This document shows positions 1 to 11,137 of a DNA stretch of 64,000 nt, piece after piece. Under the pieces are notes generated by a model. The model searched no databases, was not told the origin of the DNA, and was given only the letters and a program-made list of their open reading frames with translations. Position 1 is the stretch's first letter. Every line of letters begins with the position of its first letter. Source of the DNA: Mobula hypostoma (taxonomy: Eukaryota); the NCBI RefSeq assembly GCF_963921235.1, contig NW_026948187.1:7192001-7256000 (forward strand), in the 5' to 3' direction. The position numbers and the translations under genes are program-made.

Positions 1-381
1 AGTGAGAAAATTGGTGTTTCTGTTGAGTGACATAGCGACCAAACTGCGACGAGCTCAGTCTGAGGTTCTCCGACCTACAGGCCAATTCGACTGCACGATA
101 TTTCCGCTCCCAGACGATTCACGGCGACTCAAATACGCGGCAGAACGGAATAAATATCTGGTAGTCAAGAGGGAGCCGCCGCTGACAAGGATGGGTGGGT
201 GCGTCATGAACACAAGAGATTGTGCAGGTGCATAAACCCTTGAACTACACAGAATAGGAAATGGCAGAAACAGAAAATGGAGAGGGGATAAAAATCAAAA
301 GGCAGAAAAGGTGATGTTTTTTCCTGTCTGATTAGTGGCTTCCAGATAGATAATAAAGTTTTGCGCTCGAAATCGAGTACA

Positions 382-648
382 NNNNNNNNNNNNNNNNNNN
401 NNNNNNNNNNNNNNNNNNNNNNNNNNNNNNNNNNNNNNNNNNNNNNNNNNNNNNNNNNNNNNNNNNNNNNNNNNNNNNNNNNNNNNNNNNNNNNNNNNNN
501 NNNNNNNNNNNNNNNNNNNNNNNNNNNNNNNNNNNNNNNNNNNNNNNNNNNNNNNNNNNNNNNNNNNNNNNNNNNNNNNNNNNNNNNNNNNNNNNNNNNN
601 NNNNNNNNNNNNNNNNNNNNNNNNNNNNNNNNNNNNNNNNNNNNNNNN
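382..648. other. Assembly gap (N run)
   Basis: Continuous N run; ORFs spanning it are artefacts. Confidence 0.99.
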
Positions 649-991
649 AAACCAGAGGGAGGGCAAAAACAAAATACATAAAAACTACATAATACGAAAT
701 AGCGGGGAGAGGGAGAAACATGGACAAAGTGATATTGAGGAAATTCACAGCCGGTTATTCGTTACATGACCGTGTTGATCGTAACTTCCCAGTGAGGCCA
801 ACTAGATTGAGACTTCAAGCTATCTCCTGTCTCCCTACACCTACTTCACGCCCATTCGGCCTGTTGCCCATCATTGTGGGCACTTTCTCAGCTGCGAAGG
901 AGGGAGGCCTATCTCTCGAATCGGGGCAGGTTCATGAATCGGGGCAGGTTCATGGAAGGGGCGTGGGCAATCGCTACGTCCGCAAATCCAC

Positions 992-1001
992 CTACGTCAC
1001 T
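992..1001 (-). promoter_or_regulatory. CRE/TRBV-decamer-like promoter motif of V1
   Basis: Reverse complement AGTGACGTAG, ~90 nt upstream of the leader ATG and next to a GGGGCGTGG GC box. Equivalent motifs lie at 8485-8494 (V2) and 10382-10391 (V3, AGTGACGTCG). Confidence 0.55.
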
Positions 1002-1092
1002 GGTATACGTAACAAACCGGATGGAAGTGAATGAATTCGTCTCTGCCGCCCGGACCACTTTCATCACTGAGAGAGTAAACCCTCCAAGGAAG

Positions 1093-1731
1093 ATGTTTCT
1101 GTTTCTGCAATTCATCCTCGCCTTCCGCTGTGAGTGAAAGCTCCCAGATTTTATTTTGTTTTGTTCTCTGCTTCTGTCTTCCTTTCACGTTCCTTCCAGT
1201 TGCTTTCCCCTCCCGTCGTCTCGGACTCATTCCGTACTTATTTACGAACACATACGGCCGCAGACTATCTGCCCACTGCCGCCGCCATTAAATTCCGATC
1301 TCCTCTCGAAATATCCCCCTCTTCAGTCATCTTTTTTGCATCCTTCAATGTACCCTGTTTATCCCCATCCCCATTGATCCGCATCTCCGCTTCCCTTTTC
1401 CCCGTTCAGCCAAGCTCGTCTCTGTTTTCCAGACGCGGCCTCGGTGACGATCGTCCAGACGCCGGCTTTCTCCGGAACTGCCGGCCAGAAGGTGACGCTG
1501 AATTGCACAGTAGAGGGCATTAAGAGTGCTGGTAACGTGTTGTACTGGTACCGACAATTCCCGGGAAAGGGTCCGGAGAACATGTTTTACTCGACGATAG
1601 CTAATGCCGTGCTGCCAAAGGACCCGGTCGGCGGTTTTACGGCGGAGAGACCGCAGAGCAACGAAATCTTTCTGAAGTCCGACAAACTGGAGGCGAATTC
1701 GGCGGCCGTGTATTTCTGCGCCTGGAGTGAT
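1093..1731 (+). CDS. TRBV: V1: T-cell receptor beta-like V segment, family A (TRBV30-like), apparently intact
   Basis: Leader exon 1093-1129 (MFLFLQFILAFR, phase-1 GTGAGT donor); acceptor TTCCAG at 1432; V exon 1433-1731 with Cys23, WYRQ and YFCAWS; 23-RSS follows. Confidence 0.93.
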
Positions 1732-1770
1732 CACGGCGGCTCAGAGTTATGGGGCAGCTGTACAAAAACC
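1732..1770 (+). other. 23-RSS of V1
   Basis: CACGGCG + 23 nt + ACAAAAACC. Confidence 0.9.
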
Positions 1771-2344
1771 TCGCTGTCAGCGTACTCGCTGCTGTCAACA
1801 AAACAGGAAACACGACTCCTGTCAATCATAGTGTGGGTTGGGTCTATGATTTGTCATACGCGCCGTAGCGGCAAATCAGTGAAGGAAGGGCCGGTGGTAC
1901 AACTTTCCATGTCCTCCACTAAAGCATTCAAATGGGAAAAGATAATCCGCGCACTGATCTTCTCTCTCCATCCTTCCGTATGAGCAGTCTTCTTACCGAT
2001 CTTCAGCACGGGTGTATCGTCACTTTTGAGTGCGACCGATAATGTAACGAGAAACACATGGCACATGAAATGAGATTCCTTGAAAGGTCGAGAAATGGGG
2101 CAGGGTTGGGCATAGGGACTCGCATTTCCACCCCGTCAAACGCAGAGGTACGGAAACGCCAACAGATTCTCCAAAGTACTCATCCCAGGGAGAGGAAACA
2201 TTTTTAAAGTTAAGCCTCTCTTGGGTACAAATTGAACGTCTGCTCCAGGACAGGGTGATCTGATGATCAGCTGTCGGCGGCCTCTGCCCATGAAAGGATG
2301 ACTGGGTGCAGTGCGGAGTTAAAGGATCTCTTATTATACCCTCA

Positions 2345-4199
2345 AAGTTGCTCGTGAACGCAGCAGGCCAAGCAGCACCTATAGGAAGAAGCGCAGTCGA
2401 CGTTTCAGGCCGAGACCCTTCATCAGGACTAACTGAAGGAAGAGTGAGTAAGGGATTTGAAAACTGGAGGGGGAGGGGGAGATGCAAAATGATAGGAGAA
2501 GACAGGAGGGGGAGGGATAGAGCCGAGAGCTGGACAGGTGATTGGCAAAAGGGGATACGAGAGGATCATGGGACAGGAGGTCCGGGAAGAAAGATGGGGG
2601 GGGACCCAGACGATGGGCAAGAGGTATATTCAGAGGGACAGAGGGAGAAAAAGGAGAGTGAGTGAAAGAATGTGTGCATAAAAATGAGTAACAGATGGGG
2701 TACCAGGGGGAGGTGGGGCCTTAGCGGAAGTTAGAGAAGTCAATGTTCATGCCATCAGGTTGGAGGCTACCCAGACGGAATATAAGGTGTTGTTCCTCCA
2801 ACCTGAGTGTGGCTTCATCTTTACAGTAGAGGAGGCCGTGGATAGACATGTCAGAATGGGAATGGGATGTGGAATTAAAATGTGTGGCCACTGGGAGATC
2901 CTGCTTTCTCTGGCGGACAGAGCGTAGATGTTCAGCAAAGCGGTCTCCCAGTCTGCGTCGGGTCTCACCAATATATAAAAGGCCACATCGGGAGCACCGG
3001 ACGCAGTATATCACCCCAGTCGACTCACAGGTGAAGTGATGCCTCACCTGGAAGGACTGTTTGGGGCCCTGAATGGTGGTAAGGGAGGAAGTGTAAGGGC
3101 ATGTGTAGCACTTGTTCCGCTTACACGGATAAGTGCCAGGAGGGAGATCAGTGGGGAGGGATGGGGGGGACGAATGGACAAGGGAGTTGTGTAGGGAGCG
3201 ATCCCTGCGAAATGCAGAGAGAGGGGGGAGGGAAAGATGTGCTTAGTGGTGGGATCCCGTTGGAGGTGACGGAAGTTACGGAGAATAATATGTTGGACCC
3301 GGAGGCTGGTGGAGTGGTAGGTGAGGACCAGGGGAACCCTATTCCTAGTGGGGTGGTGGGAGGATAGAGTGAGAGCAGATGTACGTGAAATGGGGGAGAT
3401 GCGTTTAAGAGCAGAGTTCATACTGGAGGAAGGGAAGCCCCTTTCTTTAAAAAATGAAGACATCTCCCTCGTCCTAGAATGAAAAACCTCATCCTGAGAG
3501 CAGATGCGGCGGAGACGGAGGAATTGCGAGAAGGGGATGGCGTTTTTGCAAGAGACAGGGTGAGAAGAGGAATAGTCCAGATAGCTGTGAGAGTCAGTAG
3601 GCTTATAGGAGACATCAGTGGATAAGCTGTCTCCAGAGACAGAGACAGAAAGATCTAGAAAGGGGAGCGAGGTGTCGGTAATGGACCAGGTAAACTTGAG
3701 GGCAGGGTGAAAGTTGGAGGCAAAGTTAATAAAGTCAACGAGTTCTGCATGCGTGCAGGAAGCAGCGCCAATGCAGTCGTCGATGTAGCGAAGGAAAAGT
3801 GGGGGACAGATACCAGAATAGGCACGGAACATAGATTGTTCCACAAACCCAACGAAAAGGCAGGCATAGCTAGGACCCATACGGGTGACCATAGCTACAC
3901 CTTTAGTTTGGAGGAAATGGGAGGAGCGAAAGGAGAAATTATTAAGAGTACGGACTAATTCCGCTAGACGGAGCAGAGTGGTGGTAGAGGGGAACTGATT
4001 AGGTCTGGAATCCAAAAAGAAGCGTAGAGCTCTGAGACCTTCCTGATGGGGGATGGAAGTATATAGGGACTGGACATCCATGGTGAAAATAAAGCGGTGG
4101 GGGCCAGGGAAATTAAAATCATCGAAAAGTTTAAGAGCGTGAGAAGTGTCACGAACATAGGTCGGAAGGGATTGAACAAGGGGTGATAAAACAGTGTCG
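2345..4199 (-). mobile_element. Penelope-like retroelement, 5'-truncated (RT + GIY-YIG endonuclease, one frameshift near 3225)
   Basis: ORF 3044-4369 has RT motifs (FTMDVQSLYTSIP, QTKGVAM, RYIDD); ORF 2721-3047 has the GIY-YIG motif (GVIYCVRC..YIGET). The frames are joined by a frameshift. The N-terminal part of the long ORF (>4199) is unrelated flank. Confidence 0.9.
2395..2430 (-). ncRNA. Minimal type I hammerhead ribozyme motif in the Penelope terminal region
   Basis: Minus strand AGUC-CUGAUGA-AGG(GUCUCGG)CCU-GAAAC-GUC-GACU: intact core, helix I AGUC/GACU, 3-bp helix II, palindromic ACGU helix III, GUC cleavage triplet. Confidence 0.75.
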
Positions 4200-4949
4200 A
4201 GGGGCAGACGCTTCACGCTCACTGATTGACAGCCGGCGAAAATCTGCTCTGATAACGGAACGGCCATCCACTCGAGACTCCTAGGGACTAAGTCATCTCC
4301 TCCGTCCTCTGCCTGAGAAGCCGTTAATTCTCCATGTGGAGAGGCAAAAAAAGGCCGACGGATTCGCAAGGAGACCGGAGGACTTCAGCCGGAAATCGAT
4401 GCTGCTCCGACTCTGCACCGTAAAACCGTCCCCCGTGTCCTCGGACTGCACGTAGTGAGCTACAGCCGAGCATAACGTACTGAAGCCGCCCTCGACAGCT
4501 CACTCCAGTGCATCCAGTTCTGACCCCTTGTAGGTGCGATATGTATATCACGACTTTCAGTTCCATAAACCCTAAATCCCGGCCTGATACTACCCTCCGC
4601 AAACCAATTTGTGACGATATGCTAATGCTGGACCGATTCATCTTCTCCTCGCCGCCTCCGTTCTCAGCCAGACGGAAATAAAGAAAAAAAGAAAGAAAGA
4701 TAGATGGAAATAATTAATCAAATTGTTGCGAGGGCAACATTCACTTAAAAATAAAGCGGAACGGGTGTGTGGGGCGGAAGCAGCACACCCCTCGAGTCAG
4801 GGTGGGCTCATCAAAGGGGGTGCCCAATCGCTGCTTCCGCAAACCCACCAAACTCAGTGATCTAATGAACAGGTGGGGTTGAAGTGAATTAATTAGTCTC
4901 TGCCGCCCGCACCACTTTCATCAGTCAGAGAGTAAACCCTCCAAGGGAG

Positions 4950-4986
4950 ATGTTTCTGTTTCTGCCATTCATCCTCGCCTTCCTCT
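4950..4986 (+). pseudogene. Orphan family A leader exon with promoter remnant; no V exon follows
   Basis: ATGTTTCTGTTTCTGCCATTCATCCTCGCCTTCCTCT|GTGAGT, homologous to the V1/V2 leader. The intron is interrupted by Penelope sequence at ~5045. Confidence 0.8.
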
Positions 4987-5044
4987 GTGAGTGAATTTGC
5001 CAAATATTATTTCTTCTCCCACTGCTTCCTTTCACTTCTCATCA

Positions 5045-5530
5045 TGGCAGTAGAGGAGGCCATGCATGTATATATCTGAATAGGAATGGGAAGCAGAGTT
5101 CAAGTGGGTGGCCTCCTCTACGGCCATGATGAGGCTAAACTCAGGTTGGAGGAGCAACACCCCATATACCGTCTAGGTAGTCTCCTACCCCTTGGTATGA
5201 ACATAGAATTCTCCAACTTCCGGTAATTCCCTCCCCCCACCTTTCCTCTATCCCTATTTCACATCACCTCCCTCATAGTTCCGCCTCCTTCTACTGCTGC
5301 GCATTGTTCTCCTGACAATCACCTCCCTGCTTCCCCTCCCCACACCTTTGTCTTTCAAGTTACTGTTTTTTTTTCAACTACCAGCATTCTTTAAACCCCC
5401 CCCCCCCCCAAAGTTCTTCCTTCAGCCCTGACGAAGGGTTTCGGCCCGAAACGTCGACTAATCTTTCAATTGATGCTGACTGACCTGCTGAGTTCCTCCA
5501 GCGCATCGTGAGTTGTCCTTTGACAACAGC
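5045..5530 (+). mobile_element. Penelope 3' fragment (GIY-YIG C-terminus + terminal region) with a short inverted 5' piece
   Basis: HDEAKLRLEEQHPIYRLGSL-like coding remnant, followed by a hammerhead-like motif at 5424-5459 (CTGACGA...GAAACGTCGACT). Confidence 0.75.
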
Positions 5531-5984
5531 ACCTGCAGATTATTTATTGATAACGGGGATAGATGGGATTGTAAGTTTGAAAACGAAACAATGCGTGACC
5601 GCGTCGCAGCTGTAGGAGCAGGTTGTCAACGGAGAGAGGGGATATATATCTAGTCAGTACGTAGTTGTAGCTAATAATGAGGCCACTGAGTGTATGCTGT
5701 GTTGTCTTTATTATCACCTCTGCAGACCTTCGCCGCTCCTTCTCATCTTTCGCACAATTCTGTCCAGAGGAGTGAATGCCCCCAACGGAGGCAGTAGGAT
5801 AGTGAGCTCCTTCTGATCCCTCGTTTCTGTACCCACCAGGAGACAAACGACGTTCCTTGTTTGCGGTATAACCACAACTTCTGTAACAACAAGCCGCGCC
5901 CTTACTTGTGACTTTCACGCGCTTTCAGTCCGTGGGTTCAGAACCAGTGTATCAGTAGGCACACACAAATGCATTACGGATAAT

Positions 5985-6392
5985 TCAGAGAGATGGGTAA
6001 ATAGACAGATGGATAGATAGATAGATAGATAGAAAAACAGATAGATAAGTAAATACATAGATATACACACACTGACTAGAGGTAGAAAGACAGACAGAGA
6101 TAGATAGATAGATAAATAGACAGACAGATAGATGAAAGGATAGATAGATAGATACACAGACAGACAATAGATACAGAAATAGATAGATAAACAGGCAGAT
6201 AGATAAATGAATAGACAGATAGACAGACTTACGAGAAATAGACAGAGATAAGTAGAGATATATAAGCAGACAGATCGACAGGCAGAGAGATGGATAAATA
6301 GATAGATAGATGGATAGACAGAGAAATCGATGGGTAAATAGATAAATAGATAAGTAGACAGATAGATGGATGTCTGAGAGAAATCGATGGAC

Positions 6393-6439
<47 letters not shown>

Positions 6440-6460
6440 TAGATGGATAGAAAGATAAAC
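5985..6460. repeat. Complex GATA/GACA tetranucleotide simple repeat
   Basis: Degenerate (GATA)n array; it explains the spurious ORF 5915-6778. Confidence 0.95.
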
Positions 6461-7174
6461 CAAGACTAAAAAACTGACAAAAACCACATAATTATAACAT
6501 ATAGTTACAGCAGTGCAAAGCAATGCCGTAATTTGAGAAAGAGCAGACCATGGGCACGGTAAAAAAAAAGTCTCAAAGTCTCTCGAAAGTCCGAACATCT
6601 CACGCAGACGGTAGAAGGAAGAGAAACTATCTCCCTGCCATGAGTTTCCAGCGCCGCAATCTTGCCGATGCAGCACCCTGGAAGAACCTGACCGCAGCCG
6701 ACTCTTGAAAACTTCGAGCCTCCGACCGGACCTCCGACTCGAGCACCGAGTACCATCTCTGCCGAGCGCTTCGACCACGACCCCGGCAACAGGTAACAGG
6801 CAAAGCCTTGGATTTGGACACCCCCCCCCCCACGGAGATTCTCGATCGCACAGTAGCAGCGGCGTTTCATAAGTTTCTCCTGATGTTCCTCCGTGCTGCT
6901 CACAATTGTCTCCGTCAAATCAGGATTGTGCCGCTATCTTCTCCTCGCCCAATACTGAAACTGTGTTTCAACATCAACTCCACTTCCAACTTCGCTCTTC
7001 TTTCGGCTTTTGACTCGTAATGGTGCCCAGGGTGTGACGCGCAGGAAGTGACGCAGCCGTCAACGGGGCAGTAGCATACCCGCAAGTCTAAACAGACAAC
7101 ACAAAGTGCTTCTTCTGAATGCTGGCAAATGTTCTACACTTGATACCAAAGCGTCTGGTGTCTCTCTGGGGCGG

Positions 7175-7226
7175 ATGTTGGCGTGTGGGACACATTGCAT
7201 GCTACTTATTCTGCCGTTGATCCCAA
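7175..7226 (+). pseudogene. Orphan leader exon related to the V4 (family E) leader, with ETS/CRE promoter
   Basis: MLACGTHCMLLILPLIP + phase-1 GTAAAT donor, 52 nt, the same length as the V4 leader and similar at the C-terminus (LIP). CAGGAAGTGACGCA lies upstream at ~7042-7055. No V exon recognised downstream. Confidence 0.6.
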
Positions 7227-7530
7227 GTAAATCAAAACCTCATAGAACCATGGAGAGGGCTGGTGTTCCTGGCGGAGTTACGTCGTGCGACATTGGCCGT
7301 GGTATAGCATGATAGAGGGTCGGAAATTCGAGTCCTTCTTCCGAACTGATGTCCCTAAACTGTAAGATCAGACCACCAATGTGGACAGCCGTCCCACGCC
7401 CCTTTTGTGTTTAGTCATTGCATTGATACGTCCTCTCATCTGAAGTAAAATTTAAAGGTGAATTTTCTCTTCGGCTGCGATGCAACATTCAGCTTGATCG
7501 GAGGGCGACAAGAGGACACACAGGGCGCTA

Positions 7531-7544
7531 CCACTAGGGGGCGG
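7531..7544 (+). promoter_or_regulatory. CTCF-like motif
   Basis: CCACTAGGGGGCGG matches the CCASYAGRKGGCRS consensus at every position. Confidence 0.6.
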
Positions 7545-8585
7545 AAATGCAGTGAAGTAAAATTTAGGTTAGATTTTTCGAAGGGAGTGAAAGCGACCAT
7601 AACTTTTATAAAGCTGATTTTTTTTTCTTCGGCTGCGATGCCACAAGGGCTAGGAGACAGAGATAGAGGCTCAGGCAGAGAGAGAGAGAGAGAAAGTAAG
7701 ATATCGAATATGGAAGGCTACTCCATGCAGAACACAATGATTTTCATCGGGCGTGTGGCCCTCATTACACCAGTCCCTTGATTTCAATGAAAGGGAGGTG
7801 AATTGTGGCCTGTCTCCTTATACTCGCTGTGTAGTTTTCCTCAAATTCAAAGACTTGGTGGGAATAAAAACATCGCACATATTGAGCTCCGGGGGTGACG
7901 GTGATGGAGGGACGAAAGAGAGGGACAGAGGAAGACAGAGGGTTGTACTGATAATGAGATAGACACCAGAGGAGGGAGACAAACTATGTCAGCTTATCGG
8001 TGACTGAGTGGAGAGGATTCGTACCCAGGGAAAGGTAATAATCTTCAGACAGAGAGAAAGAGTGAATGAGAGAGAGAGAGAGAGAGAGACAGAGAGAGAG
8101 AGGAGAAAGAGAGAGACACAGTAACATGGGGGTGGGAGATGAAGAAAGCGTGAAGGTGGGACGGCGACAGGGAGATGTTGTCTGGTCAAATTGTTAGATC
8201 AGAAGCGGCACAAATCCCGAATCGTGTTGGAGTATCGATGGTGTTCGCTTTGAATCCTCCTTCTTTCACAGTTTGCTGTAGATTTCCGAAATTACAAAGT
8301 ATACGGAGCATTAAAACATCACTCATGGAGAGCTGAAGGGGTGAGGAAAACAGGGAGAGGGAGGGACGGGGACAGCGACAGAGAGACTGTATTGTGTGGC
8401 CATACTGGTAGACCGGAAGCTGCAGCCTCGAATCGGGTTGGAGTATGGAAGGGGCGTGGCCAACGGCTACGTCCTCAAATCCGCCTACGTCACTGGGATA
8501 CGTAACAAACCGGATGGAGGTGAATGAATTCGTCTCTGCCGCCCGGACCACTTTCATCACTGAGAGAGTAAACCCTCCAAGGAAG

Positions 8586-9224
8586 ATGTTTCTGTTTCTG
8601 CAATTCATCCTCGCCTTCCGCTGTGAGTGACAGCTCCCAGATTTTATTTTTTTTCATTCTCTGCTTCTGTCTACCTTTCACGTTCCTTCCACTTGCTTTC
8701 CCCTCCCATCGTGTCGGACCAATTCCTTCTTAATTTACTAGCCCTCGCGTCCGCAGACTATCTGCCCTCTGCCGTCGCCATTAAATTCCGAAATCCTCTC
8801 GAAATGTCCGCTTCTTCAGTCATCTTTTTTGCTTCCTTCAGTGCACCCTGTTTATCCACATCCCCATTGATCCGCATCTCCACTTCCTTTTTCCCCGTTT
8901 AGCCAAGCTCGTCTCTGTTTTGCAGACGCGGCCTCGGTAACGATGTACCAGACGCCGGCTTTCTCCGGAACTGCCGGTCAGAAGGTAACCCTGAATTGCA
9001 CAGTAGAGGGTAGTACCAGTGCTAATTACTGGTTGTACTGGTACCGACAATATGCGGGAAAGAGTCCGGAGTACATGTTTCGCTCGATAGCAGTTAATTC
9101 CGTCGAACCGGAGGGATTGGTCGACGGTTTTACGGCGGACAGATCGCAGAGCAAGGAGTTCTTCCTGATGTCCGACAAACTGGAGGCGATTTCGTCGGCT
9201 GTGTATTTCTGCGCTTGGAGTTAT
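8586..9224 (+). CDS. TRBV: V2: TRBV30-like V segment, family A, apparently intact
   Basis: Leader 8586-8622; V exon 8926-9224 (CTVEGSTSANYWLYWYRQ...YFCAWSY); 23-RSS follows. Confidence 0.93.
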
Positions 9225-9263
9225 CACGGCGGCTCAGAGTGACGGGGCAGCCGAACAAAAACC
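9225..9263 (+). other. 23-RSS of V2
   Basis: CACGGCG + 23 nt + ACAAAAACC. Confidence 0.9.
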
Positions 9264-10196
9264 TCGCTGTCAGGAGGGTCTGTGCTTTCAGCAAAAGAGG
9301 AAATACGATTCCTGTCAATCATCGGGTGGGAGGAGGGTCTATCTGTCAGGCGCTGCGCCGTTGCGGCCAATCAGTGTGAATAAGGGGCGGAGCTATTATG
9401 CCGTGGCGTTTAATTTCCTTCCCTTCTTTAACATTCAGATGGGGGAATATGATCGTCACTGCTCTCCCCCACTCCACCTTTCCTTCATTCTACAGCCTAG
9501 GGTCGGGGACAGGCGGATAGTTAAGAAACAGGGAGAGACTGGAGAACAGCTGTAGGACACATACCGCGAACGTCAGAAAACGGCGTCCTTGGAGGGAACA
9601 GAGAGATATTGATGTTCCCCAATCACTGAAGATGACAGAATATGAGGGTGTTGGTGGATCTGAGGGCAGGAACAGAAATTGTTTTGTCAGGCGGATTTTC
9701 GGGTGAGCACGGATTTGGGGTTGTCGGTGTATACGCCGATTTGCTGGCGCGTACAGATTTGGAAAATTTGGCGTATGTGAGCGTGCCAGCCGATATATAG
9801 GGACCTGCTCCGTGTAGAACCCGGGTTATTAAACGTGGTTTAGCTGCGATCTGGGAGGGTTTAGAATACAGATTCCAAATCTTTAGCTTGGAGTGTGAAT
9901 ATGTTCCCGGTGTGCTCCGTATGTCTCCTGTTTTCTGAGAGAGGAGGTCTGCGACATAGAACAGGCTAACAACGGGAGTTGCAAACGGACAAAAATGTCA
10001 CGTGGTTTAGAGGACGGTCATTATTCAGAGAGATTCGTGTTTTCAATAAAGATTTGGTGTGTTGTGGCCCCTCTTCTCATAGCGGATCTCCAGTATTCCG
10101 AAAATCCGAAGACGAAGAAGCATTAAAAGTCAACAATGAAGAGATATAGGGCGTGCAGAGGGCGACGAAGTTGAGGAGAGAGATAGATCGATTCAG

Positions 10197-10199
<3 letters not shown>

Positions 10200-10285
<86 letters not shown>
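10200..10285. repeat. (GT)n(GA)n compound microsatellite
   Basis: Directly visible, ~190 bp upstream of the V3 leader. Confidence 0.95.
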
Positions 10286-10288
<3 letters not shown>

Positions 10289-10471
10289 GGCTGCTTTAAT
10301 TGGTGGAGAGTTACAACACATCCCTGAGATCGGATAGGTTCATAGAAGGGGCGTGGCTGATCGCTACTTCCGCAAGTCCACCGACGTCACTGATATAAGT
10401 AACAAGTGAATGGACTCGTCTCTGCTGTACACAACACTTTCATCACTGAGAGAATAAACACTCCAAGGAAG

Positions 10472-11098
10472 ATGCTTTTATTTCTGCGGTTTCTCCTCGC
10501 CTTCCACTGTGAGTGATGCTGACAAACAATATTAATTTTTATTTCTTTGCTCCTCTCTTCCTTTCAGATTCCTTTCACGTGCTTTACCTTCCAGTAATAT
10601 TTCAAAACTTATTTACGAGACCTCGCGTCCGCACACTGTCTTCCCACTGCTGCCGCCTCTAATTCCGTCCTCCTCTCCATCTTTCCCAACTTCAGTTCTC
10701 TTCCTTCCTTCCCCAAATGCACCATCTTTCTCCCTTTACCTATTGACCCGGGTCTCCCTGATCAATCACCGCATTTTCCACCACCGTCTCTTTTTCCAGA
10801 CGCGACCTCGGTGACGATCCACCAGACTCCGGGTTTCTCCGGAACCCCCGGCCAGAAGTTGACCCTGAATTGCACAGCAGAGGGTAGTACTAGTGATAAC
10901 AACTGGTTGTACTGGTACCGACAATTCCCGGGAAAGGGACCGGAGTACATGTTTCACTCGATCGCAGCTAATTCAGTGCAGCCGGAGAAATTGGTCGGAG
11001 GTTTTACTGCGGAGAGACCGAAGACCAACGAAATCTTCCTGAAGTCTGACAAACTGGAGGCGAAATCATCGGCCGCGTATTTCTGTGCCTGGAGTATT
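10472..11098 (+). CDS. TRBV: V3: TRBV30-like V segment, family A, apparently intact
   Basis: Leader 10472-10508 (MLLFLRFLLAFH); V exon 10800-11098 (TIHQTP...CTAEG...WYRQ...YFCAWSI); 23-RSS follows. Confidence 0.93.
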
Positions 11099-11137
11099 CA
11101 CGGCGGAACAGAGTGACGGGGCAGCTGTACAAAAACT
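11099..11137 (+). other. 23-RSS of V3
   Basis: CACGGCG + 23 nt + ACAAAAACT. Confidence 0.88.

Noticed and set aside
874-1137. In-frame upstream ATG (1021; also 8514) extending the family A leader
   Set aside because: It lies close to the promoter motifs and is not kept in frame in V3. Without a TSS there is no reason to prefer it over the ATG at 1093.
4324-4641. Minus-strand ORF with scattered V-like words (NWMHW, VQSEDTG)
   Set aside because: The words are in different frames, W-to-YxC spacing is far too short, and there is no Cys or RSS.
5544-5918. 124-aa minus-strand ORF
   Set aside because: No recognisable domain or splice context; V-like hints need several frameshifts.
5915-6778. 287-aa ORF and other long low-complexity ORFs (e.g. 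40514-41344, 42141-42683)
   Set aside because: Products of GATA/CT/GT microsatellites and repeat fragments.
9690-9920. Minus-strand stretch reading HTEHTGNIFTLQ, resembling family C FR1
   Set aside because: No Cys23, WYRQ, YxC or RSS, and early stops; the similarity is too short to call.
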